A program made the position numbers and the translations under genes. A stretch of 13,756 nucleotides of DNA from positions 79,909 to 93,664 of the forward strand of contig CAYLZE010000010.1 in NCBI GenBank assembly GCA_964388035.1, given 5' to 3'. The notes beneath the pieces are model-generated. The model had not been told where the DNA came from. It saw only the letters and a program-made list of their open reading frames with translations, and did not search any database. Positions within the stretch are counted from its first letter, which is position 1, and each line of letters starts with the position of its first letter. Of this stretch, positions 1 through 8,998 are shown in pieces. The stretch is from an uncultured archaeon. GTDB taxonomy: Archaea; Asgardarchaeota; Lokiarchaeia; Sigyniarchaeales; SOKP01.

Positions 1-1284
1 GACTTAGAGAATTTTGATCAGCCCATTAAAAAGCAATTTGAAGAAAAAATACGGTTTCTTGAAATTGACTTAGGAAGCAGAAAGGAATATGTTCAAACTA
101 AAGACCATTTCGAATCTTCAGTACAAAATATAAAACAAGCTTTAGAACAAATCAAAAAAGATACTTCCCTATTTAAAAAAGTTCAGAATTTGATCTTAAA
201 TTTTGCTGAAGAATTAAAATTGGATTTAAATAAAAACTATTCCATCATTTTAGAAGAAATTGAGACTTCCAAATCGTACGTGAAAATTAAAGATCATTTT
301 GAACGTTTTAAAACCGAATTTGAACAATCCTTAACGAACATTGATAAAAAAATCGAAGGGGAAATTACGATAATATTGGAAAAAAGCGAAGAAGCAAAAA
401 AGTTATCTTCGGAGCTCCAAGAATTAAAAGTTAAGTTTAAAAATCAAGTACTGCAAGAATATGAAATAACCCAAGAAAAACTTGATAAAAAGATCGAGCT
501 TTTGAAGAACGATTTATTGCAAGGAAACCTATTAGCTCTCATCAACGATTCCAAAATTCATTTAAGCCAGTTGCTGGGCACCCTTCAAAGAAGGGTCGAG
601 GATAATATTGAAATAAAAGAATTTAAGAGAGCGCAAGATATCGTACAAAAAAGGATAAAAAATGTTAATCTCGACTTAAAAAATATTCAAAAAAGGATTA
701 AGAACAAAGTGAAGGAATACAGTAAACAGTCAGTTGGATTTAAATCAAAAAACAAGTATATTTTAGAGAATTTCGATCAATTTCTCATTGAATATGATGC
801 GATATTAGTTGAAAAAGTAAAAACCCTAGAAAGAAACATCTTAAAAGATTATGTTCTAATGACAATACATGCCGTATCAAATCAATATTTAACCATCGGA
901 TTTCTAAATCATGAGCTTAAAATAAAAAAGCAAAATATTCAAGATCATCTACTCTATTTGATAAGCACGGAACAGTTACAAGGTAAGTATGATCCCCGAT
1001 TAGGACTTTATTATGAAAATCCCGAGGTATTGCGAAATTTAAATGAAAATGAACTCGAGGTGATAAAAAAAATGAACTTCCGGGTGTACATGTTTCTAAA
1101 TAGATTAAAGAACTTCACCTCACAATATTATTCCATCATTGCTTTCTTTGCGAGCACTCTTACCATTTCTTATTACCTCTTTACATTATCTGGTGGTAAT
1201 CCCCTGGCAATTTTCATACCACTCTCCATTTTGGTAATTCTTTTAAGTTACATGTTTTTCAAGAAAAGGAGAGAAAAAATTTAG
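1..1284 (+). CDS. Large coiled-coil protein with a C-terminal PCI-like winged helix and two terminal TM helices (5'-truncated)
   Basis: Frame 1 is open from base 1 (DLENFDQPIKKQFEEK...) into the listed 190..1284 ORF, so the gene starts upstream of the window. Long E/K/L heptad-rich region, then YLTIGFLNHELKIKKQNIQDHLLYLISTEQLQGKYD (PCI/WH pattern LI...L.GK.D), two hydrophobic segments and a basic tail KKRREKI. Confidence 0.8.
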   Translation, partial: DLENFDQPIKKQFEEKIRFLEIDLGSRKEYVQTKDHFESSVQNIKQALEQIKKDTSLFKKVQNLILNFAEELKLDLNKNYSIILEEIETSKSYVKIKDHFERFKTEFEQSLTNIDKKIEGEITIILEKSEEAKKLSSELQELKVKFKNQVLQEYEITQEKLDKKIELLKNDLLQGNLLALINDSKIHLSQLLGTLQRRVEDNIEIKEFKRAQDIVQKRIKNVNLDLKNIQKRIKNKVKEYSKQSVGFKSKNKYILENFDQFLIEYDAILVEKVKTLERNILKDYVLMTIHAVSNQYLTIGFLNHELKIKKQNIQDHLLYLISTEQLQGKYDPRLGLYYENPEVLRNLNENELEVIKKMNFRVYMFLNRLKNFTSQYYSIIAFFASTLTISYYLFTLSGGNPLAIFIPLSILVILLSYMFFKKRREKI

Positions 1285-1332
1285 CGGAAAAATCCTTGGA
1301 ACACGCTTGCCTCTAAATAAAATCAATTATTT

Positions 1333-1554
1333 ATGCTTTCTAACATGAAAAATAGAATTTTTAAATCCAAAATCGACACGCTAATAAAAAGAATCCCCTC
1401 TCTTGGCAAATTATTAACTACCTTATTTGGAGCACAAGAAGTATTCATGCTGGAATTCTTGAGGATATTAGAATCAAAACTAAAGATAAATTCAATTTCG
1501 ATTTTAAATAAGTATCTTTTTAAAGGTAGATGGGGGGAAAAGTTATACCGTTAA
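1333..1554 (+). CDS. Probable N-terminal part of the downstream 4Fe-4S protein (frameshifted), or a small hypothetical protein
   Basis: 73-aa ORF overlapping the next ORF across the G6 run at 1532-1537. Adding one G gives the continuous reading ...LFKGRWGGKVIPLN... Confidence 0.5.
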   Translation: MLSNMKNRIFKSKIDTLIKRIPSLGKLLTTLFGAQEVFMLEFLRILESKLKINSISILNKYLFKGRWGEKLYR

Positions 1555-2138
1555 ACATGAACATAAATCTGGATGTAGGATTTCTCCCTTCTCAAGAAAT
1601 CTTGGCAATCCTTAAAAGGTCTAATGTAACGGGAATCTCTCAATGCTATTGCAGGACTACTCAACGTAAATATGATAAGCCCAATTGTGAATTTCCGATA
1701 AATACATGTATTCATATAGGATTTGGTAAATTTCTTCAAGAAATTCCATATAAATCGGAAAATTTAAAAAAGGTCTCAAAACAAGAAATTGAAGAACTCC
1801 TTATAAAATGTGATGAGTTAGGGTTAGTGCATCAGCTTATCTTCTATCCAAATCCGGAATTTTACTACGTGATTTGTAAATGCTGTCCTTGCTGTTGCGT
1901 GGTTTTAAATCGTTATCTTCAATTCGGCTCTCCACAAATGATAAAAAGTGATTTTCTTGCTATAACTGATTCCAATTCTTGTATAGATTGTGGAGAATGT
2001 GAACCATGGTGTTATTTTGGAGCAAGAAAAATTGTGAACGGAAAGCTTACTCATGATCCACTCTATTGTTTTGGATGTGGAATATGCATATCCAAGTGTC
2101 CTAATAAAGCAATTTCCTTAATTAAAAAAGCAGAGTGA
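1530..2138 (+). CDS. 4Fe-4S dicluster (ferredoxin-like) domain protein
   Basis: C-terminal CIDCGECEPWC and CFGCGICISKCP motifs. Upstream Cys cluster CYCR...C...C...GLVH...ICKCCPCCC is typical of a widespread anaerobe 4Fe-4S binding family. Confidence 0.9.
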   Translation: MGGKVIPLNMNINLDVGFLPSQEILAILKRSNVTGISQCYCRTTQRKYDKPNCEFPINTCIHIGFGKFLQEIPYKSENLKKVSKQEIEELLIKCDELGLVHQLIFYPNPEFYYVICKCCPCCCVVLNRYLQFGSPQMIKSDFLAITDSNSCIDCGECEPWCYFGARKIVNGKLTHDPLYCFGCGICISKCPNKAISLIKKAE

Positions 2139-2148
2139 ATTAATCCTT

Positions 2149-3141
2149 TTACCTTCTTTCTGGGAGTTTAGTTAAAAGTTCTTCAACCTCTTTTTTAAAT
2201 TTCATTCTAGGACTGATGATCTTTAAAAATTTATGGGGCGGTTTTTGGGTATCATCTGCAACCCAATGGTTTTTTCCTGGTTCTTTATCTAATATTAATC
2301 GATATCCGTTGACCTCTTCAAAATACTGATCACAACCCCGAATTGCGTAATAGGATGTTAACAGATCCCAGCTAAAATTTCCCTTGTGATGAGGAGTGAG
2401 ATATAAGTCATAACATTTACGAACGGGATTAGATGAGGGTGTTTTATACAAAGTTTTCCCATTAAGAAATTCATCTCCGTGCGTCTGTACAATTATTTGG
2501 GTTGGCCAAAAATGAATTACATTTCTTGCGGCTTTCCAATCCATTCTCCAATTAAGTCTTTCCATATCTTGAGGAAATCGACCCCATCCCATTGTTACAA
2601 GCTTCTTTACTTTTTTTTTAATTAATACCTTTCCCGATAAGGAACTAATTTCATCTGGTCCCGAGTCTAATAAATCACTTAATACCGAGAGTAATCCTAC
2701 CGCAATGATGATCACCGAATTATCCACAGAATTGCTCAATAACCGACGATATAGAGAGACAGCATCCCACAAGTTTGGAATATCAACATTCTTCAAATTA
2801 TAATGTTCTACCAATTTCTCGGGGTAATAATTTCGCTCAGAAGTAGCAATAATTTTTTTCTGATGTTCCCTATATTCCTTAAATCTCGTTCCATTTTTAA
2901 AATCCTCTTTCATTAGATAACCTATTGGAAGCTCAGCTCTGTGATAATACTTATTTATGGCAAAGGCACATTTTAGGGAAGAATCTAAGGGAACGTCGCA
3001 TATAACCCCGAGAAGATTTGCCTCTCCATTATCCATTAAAGCGTGAACAATAGCAAGGGCCCCAGCATCATCACAATCTAAATCCATGTCCGTGTCATAA
3101 ATCACGGAAATTGTACTAGAATTATGAGAATTCATGTTCAT
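2149..3141 (-). CDS. Inosine/uridine-preferring nucleoside hydrolase family protein
   Basis: N-terminal Asp-rich Ca-binding motif IYDTDMDLDCDDAGAL, plus IIAVG, LVTMG, E.LNW and SWDL motifs. Confidence 0.88.
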   Translation of the reverse strand: MNMNSHNSSTISVIYDTDMDLDCDDAGALAIVHALMDNGEANLLGVICDVPLDSSLKCAFAINKYYHRAELPIGYLMKEDFKNGTRFKEYREHQKKIIATSERNYYPEKLVEHYNLKNVDIPNLWDAVSLYRRLLSNSVDNSVIIIAVGLLSVLSDLLDSGPDEISSLSGKVLIKKKVKKLVTMGWGRFPQDMERLNWRMDWKAARNVIHFWPTQIIVQTHGDEFLNGKTLYKTPSSNPVRKCYDLYLTPHHKGNFSWDLLTSYYAIRGCDQYFEEVNGYRLILDKEPGKNHWVADDTQKPPHKFLKIISPRMKFKKEVEELLTKLPERR

Positions 3142-3231
3142 TATACTCCTCTCAATTAAATTCTAAATTTATAGTAAGAATTATATTAGTTCTCGTTTAA
3201 AAATTTAGAATTTATTTTAAAGGTTTGCAGA

Positions 3232-3864
3232 TTAAAGGAGGAACTTTATTTCTCTTTTTAAATTAATTCTCGCTCTTTCTTCATATAATGCTTGGAACTT
3301 TTCTGTCTTAAAAATATTACTTGAATCTAAAAATTTCATCAAAAGATTCTTTCTTTCCCGTTTGAATATTGATTCTGGAATTTCGACATATTCCAATTCG
3401 ATTTTTCTTCGATAATGCTGATAATGTTTCCAAGTTTCCCCCAATATAGCTAAATCACAATCTATCATTATTTTATGATCTTGATCATCGGGAAAAGGTA
3501 TTTTAAAGGGGTCGCGAGTGATGAGAATTAATTGCTTGATCCTTTCCACGCTTTCTTCCTTTAAGTTAAGTGATTTCAAGCATGATTCTGCAATCTTAGC
3601 GCTTTTCAGCTCATTATCAGTTCGTTTTGGATCATATATAATATCATGGAACCAAAGAGCAAACTTTACATGATCCTTTTCGATTATATTTAGTTTGAAT
3701 AAGCTAGCTTTTAAAAGCGTGTATTCAATATGACTTAAGTTATGATATTTTCTTCCTGGTTCATTATAATGAACCAATAAAAATTTAAAGGTACGTAATA
3801 TGGGTTTTTTCTCATCACAATATCTCGACGCTAATTGTTCCCATGGTTTTTTTAATCTTCTCAT
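3232..3864 (-). CDS. HD-superfamily metal-dependent phosphohydrolase (COG4339-like)
   Basis: Motifs Y.EPGRKYHNLSHI, ALWFHDIIYD, DNE..SA, DCDLAILG and AR.NL.RE. Confidence 0.88.
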   Translation of the reverse strand: MRRLKKPWEQLASRYCDEKKPILRTFKFLLVHYNEPGRKYHNLSHIEYTLLKASLFKLNIIEKDHVKFALWFHDIIYDPKRTDNELKSAKIAESCLKSLNLKEESVERIKQLILITRDPFKIPFPDDQDHKIMIDCDLAILGETWKHYQHYRRKIELEYVEIPESIFKRERKNLLMKFLDSSNIFKTEKFQALYEERARINLKREIKFLL

Positions 3865-3947
3865 GGATTAGAAATTAAAATACTTTATATTATTTTTTTG
3901 TGGGTATGATAGAAAAAGATACCTCCATAGACGAGAGAAAATTGGAT

Positions 3948-6110
3948 TTATTCTAAATCCTTAATTAAGCAGAGCGTGTCATCTTTTTGTTTTTCTAAAT
4001 ATCCCAAATAACAAACTTGATTTAAGTGTATGAAAAATTTTTTCTCATCAATCCCCTCCTGTTCAGCAATTTCTTTTAATTTTTGTAATTTAATTTTGCC
4101 CCCTGCGGAATAGGTTTTTGTTAAGTTTATCAAGCTTTTTAAGTTTTTATTCAGGGATCTTTTAACATGGCGTTTCTCCTGTTGTTTTTTCTTCTTTCCT
4201 TTCAGAGTTAGCACTTTTTTTGTTAAATGGGGTTTAGAAATATGCGCAACATCAGAAAAAAAAGTTACTCCATATTCTTTGAATTTTTTATATTGTTCGC
4301 TTTGTGCGAAATTATCCATTTCCTCTATAATTTCTTCTATTGATCGATTGGCTAATAGTTCCTTTTCTTTTTCCTTCCGCTCATTGAAATCTTGAATAAT
4401 ATCCCATTCTGATCTCGGCTTAAGTTGTCTTTTAAAATTTATCTTCTCTCGAGATTCAACTGTTTTTAGCTCTAAAAATTCTTCATTTGATAATATTGAT
4501 TTCATGGAATCTTCTTTTGTGCAAGCCACTTTATAGAAAGGTACATCCACGGTGTTTTTTGTGATTAATATATAACATCTTCCGGGAGCATGTCTTCCTG
4601 TTCTTCCTCGTCTTTGAATGGTTCGTATTTCTGAGGGAATGGGTTCATAAAAAATAATAGCATCCACGTTAGGAATATCTAATCCTTCCTCTGCCACGCT
4701 AGTGGCAATAATTATATTAATTTCTCCCGTTCTAAACTTTTCCATGATCTCCTCTTGTTCTCCCTGAGAAAAACCTCTATCCTCTACTTTAGAAGCCTGT
4801 CCTATGAATTTTTCAATTTTAATATCGAGAGGTAAAATTGATTTCAAATTTTTCTTTAAAATGGTTGCCATTTGGCGATACTGTGTGAAAACAATCAATT
4901 TTTTATTATTATACCCTTCTAATTCGTTCTGAATTATGGAGGTTACTAAAGTAACTTTGGGATGGAGTGAATCTTCATACCTTTCCTGTTCAAAATATGA
5001 GGAAATTAATTTAAAATGCTCTGACGCGACGATTCTCTTGGCAGCAATATTTTCATTATCCGCTTTAAAGATGAGTTTATCCAAGAAGGTTTTAAAGAGT
5101 TTAATATCTTGCGTTTCTAATAAATCCTTTCCATGTAATAGAGAGATACAGCTAGAACAGTAGGAATAAATGGAGTGGATATTAAGCTTATTTTCTGTCA
5201 CGATATCAATTATGCGCGGAGAAGTATAATAAAGCGTGTTCTCAAGCATATCTTTCCCCATATCTTTGTCCATTATATCTTCAAATTTTAAGGATATGGT
5301 TAAATCCTCGGCTAATCGTAAAAAGTCAATTTTAGAATAATATTTTTTATGAGGATTGATCAAATTACGTTGAATGAAAAATCTCAGAAAATTTTGAAAT
5401 AGGGAATCCCAAATGACACTCAGTTCTACATACTCCATGGGCAAATGAGTATACTCTAAAAAGATCTCAATATCATTCAGATATTGCTTTACATCAAGAT
5501 CCTCCCGGGATTTGAAAATAACTTTCTCAATAAATAGATTATCACAAATTTGTTGAATGCATTCTTGATCCTTCCCAGGAGAAGCAGTTAATGCTAAAAT
5601 GAGAGGATCCGAACAAGATTTAAGATATTCCTTGGAAAGATCCGTATAAGCATAATTACCTCGTGTTCTGTGAGCTTCATCCACGATCATTAGGGAAGTA
5701 GTGGATAGGTAATACCGCCCTCTAAAGATATCATTTTTTATAACTTGAGGGGTGGATACAATGATTTTCGATTCCCCAAACAAAGAGATCCTTTTCTCAG
5801 GACTAATTTTTCCTGTCAAGGAAACAATATCCGTTTCCTTTATAGAAAGATATTTTTTACAAGATCGTTCATGTTGTGCAACTAAAGGTCTCGTGGGAGC
5901 AAGGATTAGGACTTTTCCCTCAGGGTATTTTTTCAATACACGTGCAATAAGTAATATGGCTATAATTGTTTTTCCTAATCCTGTAGGCAATACTACTAAG
6001 GAATTTTTATCATAAATTTCGTTTAAAATATTAATCTGATACTCTCTAAATAAAATAGAATCTTTTTTTAAGAAGAAATCGTTGTAATATTCGAGCTTTT
6101 TATTTGACAT
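3948..6110 (-). CDS. hef: Hef/FANCM/Mph1-family DEAH-box helicase lacking a recognisable ERCC4 nuclease domain
   Basis: Q motif FREYQ, motif I LPTGLGKT, Ia LAPTRPLVAQH, Ib TPQ, II DEAHR followed by GNYAY, III TASPG, V ATSVAEEGLDIP and VI IQRRGRTGR. Confidence 0.92.
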   Translation of the reverse strand: MSNKKLEYYNDFFLKKDSILFREYQINILNEIYDKNSLVVLPTGLGKTIIAILLIARVLKKYPEGKVLILAPTRPLVAQHERSCKKYLSIKETDIVSLTGKISPEKRISLFGESKIIVSTPQVIKNDIFRGRYYLSTTSLMIVDEAHRTRGNYAYTDLSKEYLKSCSDPLILALTASPGKDQECIQQICDNLFIEKVIFKSREDLDVKQYLNDIEIFLEYTHLPMEYVELSVIWDSLFQNFLRFFIQRNLINPHKKYYSKIDFLRLAEDLTISLKFEDIMDKDMGKDMLENTLYYTSPRIIDIVTENKLNIHSIYSYCSSCISLLHGKDLLETQDIKLFKTFLDKLIFKADNENIAAKRIVASEHFKLISSYFEQERYEDSLHPKVTLVTSIIQNELEGYNNKKLIVFTQYRQMATILKKNLKSILPLDIKIEKFIGQASKVEDRGFSQGEQEEIMEKFRTGEINIIIATSVAEEGLDIPNVDAIIFYEPIPSEIRTIQRRGRTGRHAPGRCYILITKNTVDVPFYKVACTKEDSMKSILSNEEFLELKTVESREKINFKRQLKPRSEWDIIQDFNERKEKEKELLANRSIEEIIEEMDNFAQSEQYKKFKEYGVTFFSDVAHISKPHLTKKVLTLKGKKKKQQEKRHVKRSLNKNLKSLINLTKTYSAGGKIKLQKLKEIAEQEGIDEKKFFIHLNQVCYLGYLEKQKDDTLCLIKDLE

Positions 6111-6250
6111 TAGTTTTTTAAAAGGTGCTTTATGTAATAAAAATCGGGAGTGTATAGAATTATCAATTAATAAAAGGTTTTTATTCCCTTTTTAACTTGA
6201 GTTTGAGAATTGTTAATCCAAGAACATGCCGTATTATAACCCAACATGTC

Positions 6251-6366
6251 ATCATGGAATGCTTATCAATCATTACTAAATAGTGATTAAAAAAAAAAAA
6301 CCATGATCTTGAAAGTCCATTTTTTATTAGGATTTCAAACTGATCATGGAATATGATAATGCATCC
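6251..6366. other. Intergenic multibranch stem-loop element (candidate cis-regulatory RNA or ncRNA)
   Basis: CCATGATC (6301-6308) pairs with GATCATGG (6342-6349) around TTGAAAGTCC/GGATTTCAA. Hairpin AATCATTA/TAGTGATT at 6268-6288, imperfect outer helix 6256-6268/6354-6366, and an A12 run at 6289-6300. Confidence 0.4.
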
Positions 6367-6505
6367 AAATGAACTAAACCTTATTGAATTATAAGTTTTG
6401 AGCTTTCCAATCCTAATGGAAATCGTAGATTCTATTATAAATTATTATCTCTATTTTTAATTAAGAAAAATATGATGCTAAGAAAGAGGCGGAGAATGGT
6501 CACTA

Positions 6506-7519
6506 TTAATCAACCGGAACAGGTAAAAATTCTATTTCCTTCTTCCCGATAATGCGTTTTATGAGTCCCTCCTTTTCCAATTGTTTTAGCGTCAAGCATA
6601 CGTATCCTCTTGCCATGCTTTTAATGCGTTGACTTCCCTCGGGATAAAGATTTTTTATTATTTCAGAAGGTGCGATCCCGTGGTTAGAATTATGTTGTAC
6701 GAGCTCTAAAATTTCTTCAGTCCTAGCCCGTCGATGGTCCAAAATTTCTTTAATTCTCTCTTTAGGATTCGATACAGGGCTACCATGGGAGGGTAAAATG
6801 AGTTTTAGATTGGGTAATTCTTGTAATTCTTTTACGCTTTTAATATAATCATCAATATTAGAGTCTGGAGGTCCTAACCACGTTGTTATTGACCTTAACA
6901 CGTTATCTCCCGAAAAAAGTATGCCATCTTGATTGTTATATAAAGAGATGTGGCCAAAACAATGCCCTGGAGAGGGAAATATCTCCCATTCTTGTCCATT
7001 TATGGAAATTGTTGTATTCTCTTCAATGATTTCATCTGGATTTGCAACCATGCGTATGCCAAAGAATTTCTGATACATGTAATGAGTAATTTTACGGGTA
7101 AACCAATGTTTAAACCGATTTGTTCGGTTTGGGGCATATAAATGATCTTCAAAATAATTGGAATCATAATAATTCGCAAACGTATTTTTATTAGCTATCA
7201 CTTCTGCGGTTGTTCTGGTTAAAATGATCCTAACGTTTAATAATTCTCGAATAAGTGCCAGTCCTGAAACATGGTCTCCATGGGGGTGAGAAGGCAAAAT
7301 CCGTGAAAGATTGAACTCCTTTCCTTGTTCCTTGTATACTTTTTCTATTTTTCTAATTTCTTGTACCAAATATCTTACTGTTTTTTCATCCCCATACCCT
7401 GCATCGTAGATAAGACCATCAATGCCAGCAATAATAAAAATATTTTCGGGGGGACGTTGGATTCCTAAAAATTTACCCCTTTCTACTATAGAAAAAATAT
7501 CCGGATAAACTTCTTTCAT
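6506..7519 (-). CDS. Metallo-beta-lactamase fold hydrolase with a C-terminal winged helix (glyoxalase II/LACTB2-like)
   Basis: Motifs YDAG, SHPHGDH (HxHxDH), SPGHCFGH, FSGD and LPSHG. C-terminal LKQLEKEGLI is WH-like. Confidence 0.9.
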   Translation of the reverse strand: MKEVYPDIFSIVERGKFLGIQRPPENIFIIAGIDGLIYDAGYGDEKTVRYLVQEIRKIEKVYKEQGKEFNLSRILPSHPHGDHVSGLALIRELLNVRIILTRTTAEVIANKNTFANYYDSNYFEDHLYAPNRTNRFKHWFTRKITHYMYQKFFGIRMVANPDEIIEENTTISINGQEWEIFPSPGHCFGHISLYNNQDGILFSGDNVLRSITTWLGPPDSNIDDYIKSVKELQELPNLKLILPSHGSPVSNPKERIKEILDHRRARTEEILELVQHNSNHGIAPSEIIKNLYPEGSQRIKSMARGYVCLTLKQLEKEGLIKRIIGKKEIEFLPVPVD

Positions 7520-7580
7520 TTTTTCGATGTCCTTTCAAAGAATTCTCTATTTTAAATTAACCTTGTAAAAAATATAAAAT

Positions 7581-8354
7581 TTAGGATTCTTTCTTCGAAT
7601 TAAAACCGCCAATATGATTGAAAGTTAGTCGACACGCAAAATATGCCAAAAGTGTCCCAGCTATCTCATCGATGATATAATGTTGTTTAACAAAGAGCGT
7701 GGATAATATTACCCCAAATGCAATAAAAGTACTGATAATTGCTATTATCTTGTAAAATGTAGTCGAATGCACTTTATAATTTCTATACCAAGTATAAGCC
7801 ATGCTAACCGAAATGGATGCGTGGAAGCTTGGAAAACAATTGAAAGAGGTATCAAAACGGTAATATGAATACATCAATTGCGCCCAGTAATTACCGGAAT
7901 ATGAGCTTTCTTCTGCAAAAAGTTGCACCCTCCACCAGTAAGTCGATACCGGAAAAATGATATAAATAATCAATGAAATCACCCCAATAAAGATCAATGC
8001 CCAAGCGAGGGGATATCCTTTCTCTGGAGAGATAAAAACAAAATAAAAAAAAGTATAGATAATCATGACTACAACTAAATAAACGTAAAAGATTGCCATC
8101 GCTGGAACGAAGGGGATGAGATCATCTAAATCTCCAAAAATAAAATCTAAACGATAGCCTGTCCCTTCGGGATATAAGTTGCCTGTCCAAGTATATCCTA
8201 TTTCCATTATTAATACAATAAAGACACCCACAATAAGGATCAGATCTAAAATTATGAATGCCAATTTCCTCGACCAATTCGAGGCTTTCTCTTTAAAAAA
8301 TACCTTCTCTAAGTATAGTTGTAATTTATCTACAATTTTTATAAAAAATGCCAT
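7581..8354 (-). CDS. PAP2-superfamily membrane protein (inositol phosphorylceramide synthase/PAP2_3-like)
   Basis: About six TM segments. Contains C2 motif NCFPSFH and C3 motif STLFVKQHYIID, with no C1 KxxxxxxRP motif. Confidence 0.85.
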   Translation of the reverse strand: MAFFIKIVDKLQLYLEKVFFKEKASNWSRKLAFIILDLILIVGVFIVLIMEIGYTWTGNLYPEGTGYRLDFIFGDLDDLIPFVPAMAIFYVYLVVVMIIYTFFYFVFISPEKGYPLAWALIFIGVISLIIYIIFPVSTYWWRVQLFAEESSYSGNYWAQLMYSYYRFDTSFNCFPSFHASISVSMAYTWYRNYKVHSTTFYKIIAIISTFIAFGVILSTLFVKQHYIIDEIAGTLLAYFACRLTFNHIGGFNSKKES

Positions 8355-8998
8355 GAGTTAATCATTTAAAAGGAAATTCAATTAATTTTATATAAGAAAA
8401 TTGTTAGAAATTAATCTTGATAATAATCTAATAATTTTTTTGGAAAAAATAAAATTCTACCATTAAGATTTAAATCAAAATCCTATTTAAATAAAGCATT
8501 TTCATAATTAATATTTAAACGAATTCTATTTCTAATGCTGGAATGGAAATTAAGCCCTTAAAATTCAAGCCAATCATAAAGTTAGGAAATAAATCTAAAC
8601 CGGGGTTCATTCGAGATTAACTTTTAAGAAAAAATAGTTTGGTTATTCTTGCTTCAGTCATGAAGATTCTAAGGAGTCTTTTCAGATTCTTCACACCCTC
8701 ACTATTTATTAGGGAATAAATTATTATGTAGAAATATTGAATGGGGAAGAATATCAAGAATACTTAAAATTGTATAAACAATTAATGAAAAAATGGGACG
8801 ATTTTAGTAAAAAAAAGAAAACCTGAAAGCAAAATAAATAAAGGTGAAAAATTATTTGCTGCATTTCATATTATTCTTCCCATCAAAGAAATTCAAGAAG
8901 CGCGATTCAATAGAATGTGGAAAAAAGAGTGAGCGAGGAATGATGATGCCATTTTATATAAGAAAATTAGTAGAAAATGGATATTTTTTTAAAACCAA

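Noticed and set aside
1551-1739. 62-aa minus-strand ORF
   Set aside because: Antisense shadow of the 4Fe-4S gene.
4936-6015. Plus-strand ORFs 4936-5163 and 5752-6015
   Set aside because: Antisense shadows inside hef.
6301-6349. Eukaryote-like SECIS element (AUGA...AA...GA hairpin)
   Set aside because: The AUGA is Watson-Crick paired rather than in a tandem G-A core, and neighbouring genes have no in-frame UGA.
6950-8361. Plus-strand ORFs 6950-7141 and 8179-8361
   Set aside because: Antisense to the MBL and PAP2 genes, with no motifs.
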